Position numbers and translations under genes: made by a program. From NCBI GenBank assembly GCA_965200875.1, contig OZ241456.1, forward strand, positions 608,001 to 672,000: a stretch of DNA of 64,000 bases, in the 5' to 3' direction. The notes under the pieces were generated by a model. The model saw only the letters and a list, made by a program, of their open reading frames with translations. It had not been told where the DNA came from and searched no databases. The DNA is from Bdellovibrionales bacterium (GTDB lineage: Bacteria; Bdellovibrionota; Bdellovibrionia; Bdellovibrionales; UBA1609). Numbering within the stretch: the stretch's first letter is position 1; every line of letters begins with the position of its first letter. Below are positions 27,873 to 36,067 of this stretch, in pieces.

Positions 27873-30419
27873 TTATAATAATATCTTAAGGCCAGCCCCA
27901 TAACTGAAATGATTGTTGTAACTAACAATAACAGAAAAGTTTTTACTGATCATATAATTTAAGCCAACAGACCACTCATGTTCCTGCTTCCATATTGTGT
28001 CTTTGGGAATAGAGTTTATAAGACCAAAATCCACTGTCCACTCCCATTCCGCAAAAAGTTCTGTTCGTGGAAAAATAAGCAGTTCGTATTCCAAAGCCAT
28101 CTGAAATCGAGCAGTATGATCCACATTTACATCCCATTCAAAAAAATAGGGCAGCAAATACCTGAATCCTGCTTTTCCAACGACTTTCATATCCTGTATA
28201 TTCTCTATATGCCCGTCTTTTATATTTTCTGTTTCCACTCCGGCATAAAACCTAAAAAAATCACTTGTAAAATATTCATAAGACATTTCCAATTCAATAT
28301 TTTTATGCAGATTGTAATATTCATCCACCCAAGAAAAAGTCCCTTCTAATATTATTTTGTTTTTTGTATTGGAAAAAACAGTCTCCAAATCAAAACGGTT
28401 ACTCATAATTTCCACTGATCCCCATTTGTACCAATGGTTATCCATATTTAAAGCCATGTCTATGGGATAATTTTTTAAACGGGAATCTCTTTTTTCGCCG
28501 TTTCTGAACACTCGGGACATACCGGATTTCATGTGATACAGAACATGGCAGTGGAAAAGCCAGTCACCTTGTTCATCAGGTGCAAACTCAATAGTGACTG
28601 TTTGCATGGGAGGTACATCCACTGTGTGTTTAAGAGGTGAATATTCTCCGTGTTTGTTTAACACTCTGAAGAAATGTCCGTGAAGGTGCATCGGGTGGTG
28701 CATCATTGTTGTATTGTGAAGATGAATGCGAACAGTCTCCCCTTTTTTTATTTTGATAATGTCTGCTTTGGAAAGAACTCTGTTGTTCATACTCCATACA
28801 TATCTCCACATGTTACCTGTTAAATTAAAGTGAAGATTTCTTAGAGTGTTTGTTTTTGGAAAAGAGGTTTTTTGCAAAGCCTTAAGATTATTGTAGTTGA
28901 ATGCAGTATGAGCTTTGTGTTGCTGTTTGTGAGCTTTATGTTGTTTGTGAGCTTTGTGATGTTTGTGCGATTTATGTTGTTTGTGAGCTTTGTGATGTTT
29001 GTGCGTATGCTGTTTCTGAGTTTCAAATTTTGTGTTTCGTGTCATGTGATCAGTATGTTTATGATTTTTATGTGCAGGGTGGTTTATATGTTTTTCTTTT
29101 TTTGAATCAGGATTTCTGTTTTGCATATTGTGTTGATGATGATGTCCGTTTTTGTGCATATTTGCCATTTTTGTCATTTCCTGAGCAGGATCTGTCTTGG
29201 GAAGTAAAGGTGCTTTAAGCAATTTGCCTTTCCCTATGATCGCAGAAACTGCTCCAGAGCCGTCTTGAGCCATAACACTAACTTCGATGGAGTGTTTTTT
29301 AGGCAAGGTGATAAGGAAATCATAAGTTTCCGCGATGGCCTGTAAAATTTTATTTACAGGGATAGATTTGACATTTATTCCATCCGCTGAAATCAGCAAA
29401 GGAGCTTTACCGCCAAAACCAAGCCAAAAATAAGTGGAAGCAGAGGCGTTGATTACCCTTACTCTTATTTTTTCACCAGCTTTAAAATCAGGATAGCTTT
29501 TTTCTGTTGCTCCATTTATTAGAAAAGCATCGTAATAAACATCGGATATATCCATACCCGGCATTTTTTGTCTCCACATTGTGAGTTGAGCACCGAGAAC
29601 ATTTCGCGCAATCACTTGACTTAGGCTTAAAGCAGAACCTTTTTTTATGGCATACCATTCACTTCCTCTTTTTAAAGTGCGCAAAACTTCGTTGGGATTT
29701 TCATTTGTCCAGTCTGAGAGAACCAAAACAAGATCATGGTTATACTGATATTGTTTCTTTTTTGGTTCAACCACGATAGCTCCATATATACCTCTTTGCT
29801 CCTGCAAATTGGTGTGAGAGTGGTACCAGTAAGTACCTGAGTGTTTTAATGTAAATTCAAATTTATGGGTTTTCCCTGGTAAAATAGGAGGTGTGGTAAG
29901 ATAAGAAACTCCATCTTGAAAGTTAGGCAGTAAAATGCCATGCCAGTGGATGGAAGTTTCCACATCCATCTTATTGGTGACATATACGATGGCTTTTTTT
30001 CCTTCTTTAAAAAATAAGGTGGGAGCAGGAAGTGAACCATTTACAAGCATGGCTTTTACGCTTTTGCCAGTCAGGTTTATTGTTTTGTAATCTATAGTTA
30101 ATTTATAAGTTATAGCATCTTTTGTGTGTATGGGTGAGACTGTATTTTTTGAATTTATTTGCTGATGAGTATCACGATGAGATTTGGAAACAGTCCCAAC
30201 AGCTGTTTGCACCCATGAAAAAGCCACTATAAAAGAGAGGAAACGAATCACCAGATTGGAAAAGATTAAACCTTTGATTTTTGGATTCCTAGAATTATAA
30301 CCTGTCAAACTTTCTGAACTCTCATTTTTGAATGAAGAGAGATAAATACTAGAAATTTTAAGCTTGAATACTCGCCCGTGAAAACGGGAATCTTGCTGGG
30401 TGTTAGGGAGATGTTTCAT
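27873..30419 (-). CDS. Multicopper oxidase (CopA-like) with His-rich linker and C-terminal CopB-like/beta-rich domain; start uncertain
   Basis: HWHG, WYHSH, HPMHLHGH, HCHVLYHM copper ligands; the ATG at 30419 lies inside a MITE. Confidence 0.9.
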   Translation of the reverse strand: MKHLPNTQQDSRFHGRVFKLKISSIYLSSFKNESSESLTGYNSRNPKIKGLIFSNLVIRFLSFIVAFSWVQTAVGTVSKSHRDTHQQINSKNTVSPIHTKDAITYKLTIDYKTINLTGKSVKAMLVNGSLPAPTLFFKEGKKAIVYVTNKMDVETSIHWHGILLPNFQDGVSYLTTPPILPGKTHKFEFTLKHSGTYWYHSHTNLQEQRGIYGAIVVEPKKKQYQYNHDLVLVLSDWTNENPNEVLRTLKRGSEWYAIKKGSALSLSQVIARNVLGAQLTMWRQKMPGMDISDVYYDAFLINGATEKSYPDFKAGEKIRVRVINASASTYFWLGFGGKAPLLISADGINVKSIPVNKILQAIAETYDFLITLPKKHSIEVSVMAQDGSGAVSAIIGKGKLLKAPLLPKTDPAQEMTKMANMHKNGHHHQHNMQNRNPDSKKEKHINHPAHKNHKHTDHMTRNTKFETQKQHTHKHHKAHKQHKSHKHHKAHKQHKAHKQQHKAHTAFNYNNLKALQKTSFPKTNTLRNLHFNLTGNMWRYVWSMNNRVLSKADIIKIKKGETVRIHLHNTTMMHHPMHLHGHFFRVLNKHGEYSPLKHTVDVPPMQTVTIEFAPDEQGDWLFHCHVLYHMKSGMSRVFRNGEKRDSRLKNYPIDMALNMDNHWYKWGSVEIMSNRFDLETVFSNTKNKIILEGTFSWVDEYYNLHKNIELEMSYEYFTSDFFRFYAGVETENIKDGHIENIQDMKVVGKAGFRYLLPYFFEWDVNVDHTARFQMALEYELLIFPRTELFAEWEWTVDFGLINSIPKDTIWKQEHEWSVGLNYMISKNFSVIVSYNNHFSYGAGLKILL
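28905..29010 (-). repeat. In-frame 18-bp tandem repeat encoding HK(H/Q)HK(A/S)
   Basis: HTHKHHKAHKQHKSHKHHKAHKQHKAHKQQHKAH. Confidence 0.85.
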
Positions 30420-30455
30420 CCTTTTTCCTTAAAAAAATACTTTTTCACTGGGGAT
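30371..30455. mobile_element. MITE-like repeat, short form
   Basis: CTCGCCCGTGAAAACGGGAATCTTGCTGGG...ATACTTTTTCACTGGG. Confidence 0.85.
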
Positions 30456-30541
30456 TCATTAAATTTACCTGAGTGTCAAAAAAACTGTATCATTTAAGAG
30501 GTTCTTTTACAATATAAGATCATCTGATTTTTTACTAAATA

Positions 30542-30683
30542 CTGGCCCGTGAAAAAGTATGTTATTTTCCTTGATTCCCGCCAGCAAGGGACTAAATGCC
30601 AACAACTTGGTTTTTAGTTTCCTTGGGAAAGTACTTGAAAAAAGAGTGTGATAATTGAAATACTAAGGTTTTTTACGGGTGAG
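30542..30683. mobile_element. MITE-like repeat, long form
   Basis: TAAATA-CTGGCCCGTGAAAAAGTATG...TTTTTTACGGGTGAG-TACTTA; another end-like GTCCAGTGTGAAAAAG follows at 30690. Confidence 0.88.
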
Positions 30684-30842
30684 TACTTAGTCCAGTGTGA
30701 AAAAGCTGTTAACGAACTGTTATTGCTTGATTTTTTTATAAAAATCCTTAAAAATGATGATATAAAAGAGTGAAACGCTGGTGTTTTTTCTTTCCATATT
30801 CCGAGGTTTTCAGAGGAGTATAAACTCAGAGGTTATAAAAAA

Positions 30843-31934
30843 ATGATGAAAAAAAGTGGAAGGGTTTTAGTGGCCATGAGCGGTGGTGTGGATAGCAGTG
30901 TGTCAGCCGTTCTTTTGCAGGATCAGGGTTACGATGTTGTGGGCATGACCATGCAGGTATGGGATTATTCCCGCTCAGAGTGTGATATGCAGGAGGGTTA
31001 CGGTTCTTGCTGTTCCAGTGTGGATGTGGAAGACGCACGCGCAGTTTGTCAAAAACTGAAAATACCTTTTTATATGTTGAATTGCACAGCGCATTTTAAA
31101 ACAAAGGTTATAGATAAGTTTGTGGATTCATATTTACAAGGAAAAACTCCCATTCCCTGTGTGGATTGCAACACTTATTTGAAGTTTGATCACTTAGCGA
31201 AAAAAATGGAAGAGTTGGAGTGTGATTATTTGGCCACTGGCCATTATGCTTGTGTGGAAAAAACCAAGGAAGGGAAATATTATATTTGTAAAAGTGCAGA
31301 TGATTGGAAAGATCAAACTTATTTTCTATTTACTATTTCCCCAGCTCTTATTCCTCGTCTTTTGTTTCCGGTCGGGGGTATGAACAAGCAAGAGGTTAGG
31401 AAAATTGCTGAAAAAAAAGGCTTGAATGTATTTCGCAAAAAAGATTCCACAGGAATTTGTTTTGTAGGTTCAGGGGGGTATGCAAGTTTTATTCAAAAAC
31501 ATCTCAGTGAAAGAAATAAAGTCAGCAAAGGGCCAATAAAACTTTATCCTTCCGGTGAAGTTTTGGGTTCGCACCAAGGGCTTTATAAATTCACTTATGG
31601 TCAAAGAAAAGGTTTAGGGGTTTCTTCCCAGTATCCCCTGTATGTGATTAAAGTGGATACGGAAAACAATACTTTATGGCTGGGTGAAGAGTCTTATCTC
31701 TATAGTGCCAAGGCGGAGCTGGCAGATTTGCATTGGTTGGATGAAGTTAGTGATGGGGAACGTTTGCGTGTAAAAATTCGTTTTCATCACGAAGCCTGCT
31801 GGACGCGTGTTTATAAAGAGGATTCAGGCAATATTTTATTGGAATTTGAGGAACTTCAAAAAGCGATTACTCCTGGCCAGGCGGCTGTTTTGTACAGAGG
31901 AAATCAGCTAATTGGAGGAGGCAGTATTGTGTAG
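30843..31934 (+). CDS. mnmA: tRNA 2-thiouridylase
   Basis: AMSGGVDSS, TPIPCVDCN, ATGHY, KDQTYFL, DSTGICF, TPGQA. Confidence 0.96.
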   Translation: MMKKSGRVLVAMSGGVDSSVSAVLLQDQGYDVVGMTMQVWDYSRSECDMQEGYGSCCSSVDVEDARAVCQKLKIPFYMLNCTAHFKTKVIDKFVDSYLQGKTPIPCVDCNTYLKFDHLAKKMEELECDYLATGHYACVEKTKEGKYYICKSADDWKDQTYFLFTISPALIPRLLFPVGGMNKQEVRKIAEKKGLNVFRKKDSTGICFVGSGGYASFIQKHLSERNKVSKGPIKLYPSGEVLGSHQGLYKFTYGQRKGLGVSSQYPLYVIKVDTENNTLWLGEESYLYSAKAELADLHWLDEVSDGERLRVKIRFHHEACWTRVYKEDSGNILLEFEELQKAITPGQAAVLYRGNQLIGGGSIV

Positions 31935-31941
31935 CGTAATA

Positions 31942-33441
31942 ATGAAAAACTATCATTCAGTACGAACAAAAGACGACAGTGGAATGCCACAAAGTGAAGT
32001 GCTACAGAAAAAATCTGTGATGCATAAAAAATATTCGATAAAAACTTTTGGTTGTAAAGTGAATACTTACGATAGTGCTTTAATACAAAAAAATCTAAAC
32101 CATGCTGGTTTGCATGGGCAAGATCATAACTCTTCTTCGTCATTTGGTGGTGTGCACATTGTGAATACCTGTGCTGTAACGGAATCAGCAGTTAAGTCAG
32201 CTCAAAGTTACATACGAAGTTATCGGAAAAAGCATCCGCAGGATCGTATAGTGGTTACAGGTTGCTCTGCACAGGTGGAGACAGAAAAATTTTCCAGTTT
32301 GAAAGAGGTGGATCTGATAGTAGCCAATTCTCATAAGTCAGAGCTGGCAAATATAATCGTAAGTGTTTTTGGTGAAGGTGGTATTCAGGCAGATAATTCT
32401 GTTGGCGAAGTCAATTCCCAAGAAGGTGATTCTTCTTCACTTGGTGACAGTCATTTATTGCCGGAGTATAAGAAGTACCCTCCGGGGCAGAAAGTTTTCA
32501 AGTCCTCTATTTTCAAGAAAAATGATTTAGGAAAAGATGGAGGAGTGGAGAATGGACACACCCGGTTGTTTTTAAAAATTCAGGATGGTTGCAACAGCTT
32601 TTGCACTTTTTGTATTATTCCCTTTGCAAGGGGAAAAAGCCGAAGCCTTGCGCCTCAAGACCTGATTCGTTCTGTTAAAAAGCATTATGAACAGGGTGTG
32701 CGGGAAGTTGTATTAACGGGAGTGCATATCGGAGATTATCAATTTCCTGATGATGACAAAAAAGGCTTGGCGGAGTTGGTTCATACTTTATTGCGGGAAA
32801 CCAATATGCCCCGGATACGGCTTTCCAGCTTGGAACCGCCGGAATTAAATGATGAGTTATTGGATATTTTTACAGACTCCAGAATGTGCCCTCATTTTCA
32901 TTTAAGTGTTCAAAGTGCTCATTCTGAGGTGTTAAAAAGAATGAAAAGAAAATACACAGCAGAAGAAGTGGGAAATGCCCTTTTGAAGATTCATAAAAAA
33001 ATTCCAAATGCTTTTGTGGGTATGGATCTCATTGCAGGTTTTGCCGGAGAGACGCAGGAGCAGTTTGAAGAAACTTATTCCCGTTTAAAGAATTGGCCCT
33101 GGACAAAAATACATGTATTTCCCTATAGTCCACGCCGTTACACTTATGCGGAAAAAGCTTATGCCTCTTGGCCTCGCTCTTTGATTGTGAAACGGGCAGG
33201 TTTTCTGAGACGCTTAAGTGAGGATCGCTTAAATAAGGAAAGAAAAAAGCAAATTGGAACAGTAAAAGCTCTTTTGCCTTTAAAACATAAAAATCATGTT
33301 GGTATTAGTCGGGATTATTGGACAGTACTTTTGTCGGAAAAAGCCAGCGTGGAATACGCAGAAATAAATAATTCAGGAGAATTACTTGTGCGTGTTCATT
33401 CAATAAACCCGAAAAATCAATATTTGGTTGGTGGTTTTTAG
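31942..33441 (+). CDS. mtaB: tRNA t6A37 methylthiotransferase (start uncertain, possibly 32020)
   Basis: TFGCKVN, VNTCAVT, VTGC.AQ, KIQDGCNSFCTFC, HVFPYSPR. Confidence 0.9.
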   Translation: MKNYHSVRTKDDSGMPQSEVLQKKSVMHKKYSIKTFGCKVNTYDSALIQKNLNHAGLHGQDHNSSSSFGGVHIVNTCAVTESAVKSAQSYIRSYRKKHPQDRIVVTGCSAQVETEKFSSLKEVDLIVANSHKSELANIIVSVFGEGGIQADNSVGEVNSQEGDSSSLGDSHLLPEYKKYPPGQKVFKSSIFKKNDLGKDGGVENGHTRLFLKIQDGCNSFCTFCIIPFARGKSRSLAPQDLIRSVKKHYEQGVREVVLTGVHIGDYQFPDDDKKGLAELVHTLLRETNMPRIRLSSLEPPELNDELLDIFTDSRMCPHFHLSVQSAHSEVLKRMKRKYTAEEVGNALLKIHKKIPNAFVGMDLIAGFAGETQEQFEETYSRLKNWPWTKIHVFPYSPRRYTYAEKAYASWPRSLIVKRAGFLRRLSEDRLNKERKKQIGTVKALLPLKHKNHVGISRDYWTVLLSEKASVEYAEINNSGELLVRVHSINPKNQYLVGGF

Positions 33442-33531
33442 GCTGGATTTTATAAACTAAGCGGTTTTTTTTGCCATGACTGTGCAAATATAAAATATTT
33501 TAAGATCTTCTCATTTTATAATTCTTCAAGG

Positions 33532-33720
33532 TCACTTTTTAGCTGATTTTTTATCTTCTACATATCTCATTCCACTGTGTTTTTTCCAGTTGTATTCTTT
33601 TCCCTGTATATAGCGGTTTTTCCACTCTGACCAAGCATTTTCTTTAAGCTGATGTTCCACTTTACCAGTTTTATTAAAAATATTGGGTTTTTTCCCGAAT
33701 AAAAAATCCATTAATTTCAT
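33532..33720 (-). CDS. Small hypothetical protein
   Basis: 62-aa ORF filling an intergenic gap, protein-like composition. Confidence 0.55.
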   Translation of the reverse strand: MKLMDFLFGKKPNIFNKTGKVEHQLKENAWSEWKNRYIQGKEYNWKKHSGMRYVEDKKSAKK

Positions 33721-33837
33721 TTGTCTCTTTGTTTCTTTATATTTTTATTGTTTGTTTTCCTGTATAAATAAAATGTGAGGAAAATATAAATTTTGAACAT
33801 GAGTGTAACAAATTAAATAAAAAAAGAAAAGGTCTGG

Positions 33838-34281
33838 TTGTTAATGGATAAAATAAAAAAAAGAGCAAAAGAAATTACTGAAAGTTTTTCCCGGTTTTCT
33901 TCTTGGGAAGAACGTTATAAGCATATTATTTATATTGGAAAAAGCAAACCCCCGCTGGAGGGAAAGTATAAAACAGAAGAGTGGCTGGTGAAAGGTTGTC
34001 AGTCACAGGTGTGGTTATATGCTTTTCAGGATGAAGCGGGTCGAGTGGTGTTTCGCGCGGATAGTGACGCTCTTATTACGAAAGGTTTGGTATCTTTACT
34101 ACTTGATTATTATTCTGAATTGTCTCCAACAGAAATAATAGCCTATCCTGTACCTTCTTTTTTTGAGGATTTGGATTTAAAAAATCACCTCACCCCTACC
34201 AGAGTGGGAGGATTGTACAGTATGCTTCGTCAAATTCAGTATTATGCAAAGGCTTTTTCATTCAAGGAAAATTTAGACTGA
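33838..34281 (+). CDS. sufE: SufE family sulfur acceptor
   Basis: WEERY, VKGCQSQVW, ADSDALITKG, LTPTR. Confidence 0.92.
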   Translation: MLMDKIKKRAKEITESFSRFSSWEERYKHIIYIGKSKPPLEGKYKTEEWLVKGCQSQVWLYAFQDEAGRVVFRADSDALITKGLVSLLLDYYSELSPTEIIAYPVPSFFEDLDLKNHLTPTRVGGLYSMLRQIQYYAKAFSFKENLD

Positions 34282-34297
34282 AGTTGGGAGAAAAAAA

Positions 34298-35095
34298 TCA
34301 ATTCCAATATTTTGGGCCAGATAAATTATCTTCCTTCATTTCATCATCATTATTCAGTATTTTTATTTGTTTTTTCCAAAACTTTCGGCGAAATTTAAAG
34401 GGATTTTCTGTGTTGTTGGATCTTTGTGAAACAGCTCTTAGTTTAAGGAAGAGAAAACCAGATAACAAACCCCCTAAATGCGCCAGATTAGCCACAGGAG
34501 AACCAAAACCTGCATTCAACATGGTCATTAATTCCACGCAGGCAATTAAAATCGTAAAAGTCCTAGCTTTCATAGGAAAAATAAACATAAAGAGAATCAG
34601 GCGATCACCAAAAATCCACCCATAAGCCAATAACAGTCCAAAAACCGCTCCAGAGGCCCCTACAACCGGAGTGCTCATTACAGAGCTGGAACTGCTAAAA
34701 ACAGAATACAATGCCACTCCCAAAAAATAAACAAAAGCGGAACCTACACCACAAACCAAATAGTAAATAAAGAAAAATCTTTTTCCCCATAATTGTTCTA
34801 GTTCAGAACCAAACATCCATAACACCATCATATTAAATAAAATATGAAACAATCCTGCACTGTGGATAAACATATAAGTAAAAAATTGCCAAATAAAAAA
34901 AGATTTACTGATTGCGGAAGGCACAAAACCCAACAGATGGTATATCATATCTGTTTTCATAAAAAATCTTTGAATAATGGAAACCAGTAAGAACCAACAG
35001 ACTAAATTTGCAATAATTAACACTTTTACACAAGGGGTGGTTCTGGGAATCATTATTTGAGAAGAAGAGTGATACATAAACAAACTACATTCCAA
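34298..35095 (-). CDS. Rhomboid intramembrane serine protease
   Basis: WQFFTYMFIH, HILFNM, GASGA, AHLGG; start may be a downstream ATG. Confidence 0.92.
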   Translation of the reverse strand: MECSLFMYHSSSQIMIPRTTPCVKVLIIANLVCWFLLVSIIQRFFMKTDMIYHLLGFVPSAISKSFFIWQFFTYMFIHSAGLFHILFNMMVLWMFGSELEQLWGKRFFFIYYLVCGVGSAFVYFLGVALYSVFSSSSSVMSTPVVGASGAVFGLLLAYGWIFGDRLILFMFIFPMKARTFTILIACVELMTMLNAGFGSPVANLAHLGGLLSGFLFLKLRAVSQRSNNTENPFKFRRKFWKKQIKILNNDDEMKEDNLSGPKYWN

Positions 35096-36029
35096 TAGCC
35101 GGTGGAAAAATATATAAAGGCTGGAAGCCGGAATAAAAACCTAAAAGAGACAAGAAAGATGTCTTCTCTTTCAAAAAAACCGACATTTGCATTTTTTCTC
35201 TTAAAGAGTTTCCAAGTCCTAGCCGATTTAACATATCAAAATAACTGGGTTGAGGTGTAAAAAGTTTTGGTTTTTTCCCCAAACCAGATAAAGTTCCTAT
35301 TAGTTCAATAGCATCAGAATAAGTTCCTATTGAGTCCGCAAAACCAACCGATACAGCCACATCACCTGTGAAAATCCGCGCGTCTGTATAAAGCTCCAAG
35401 TCCTCTTCGCTTATCTTTCGTCCTTCCATAATAGCAGATTTAAATTGATCCAACAGTTCATTTGCCAGATCCTGAAATAAGACTCTTTCTTTTGAGGTCA
35501 TGGGACGAAACTTTGTGCCCGAGTCTTTAAATTCACCAGTTTTAATGGAATAAGGTTCCACTTTTGCCCAGTCGTATAATCGTTCCAGATTCATCAGAGG
35601 AAAAATCACCCCTATAGACCCTGCTAAAGTTCCTGAATTAACCAGTATATTTGATGCTCCTGCCGCTACATATAAAGCACCACTGGTCATCATGGCTCCT
35701 ACAGAAACCACTATTGGCTTTTTGAGAACGGTATGTATTCTTTTAAATTCTTGGTAAATTTCCTGACTAGTGGCTACAGATCCACCTGGAGAATCCAATC
35801 GAATTAAGATACCTTTTATTTTATCATCTTGTGAGTATTTTCTTAAGTCTTTGAGAAATTTATGCTTATCAACTAAAATGCCTTTTAAATCCAAAGCCAA
35901 AATAGATTTTTGAGTGGCTGTTTGAGCGGTGTTGTCCAATTTGAAAATATTAACTATTCCTGTAAAAACACAAAAAATGATTATTATAATAATGACTTTC
36001 ACAAAAAGACTCGTTTTCTTTTTTTGCAT
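35085..36029 (-). CDS. sppA: Signal peptide peptidase SppA, short type
   Basis: DSPGGS, SG, GSIGV, KTGEFKD; follows rpsA. Confidence 0.9.
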   Translation of the reverse strand: MQKKKTSLFVKVIIIIIIFCVFTGIVNIFKLDNTAQTATQKSILALDLKGILVDKHKFLKDLRKYSQDDKIKGILIRLDSPGGSVATSQEIYQEFKRIHTVLKKPIVVSVGAMMTSGALYVAAGASNILVNSGTLAGSIGVIFPLMNLERLYDWAKVEPYSIKTGEFKDSGTKFRPMTSKERVLFQDLANELLDQFKSAIMEGRKISEEDLELYTDARIFTGDVAVSVGFADSIGTYSDAIELIGTLSGLGKKPKLFTPQPSYFDMLNRLGLGNSLREKMQMSVFLKEKTSFLSLLGFYSGFQPLYIFPPAIGM

Positions 36030-36067
36030 AAATAACTCCCTATTTTATAGCTTAATCATCGAAAAAT

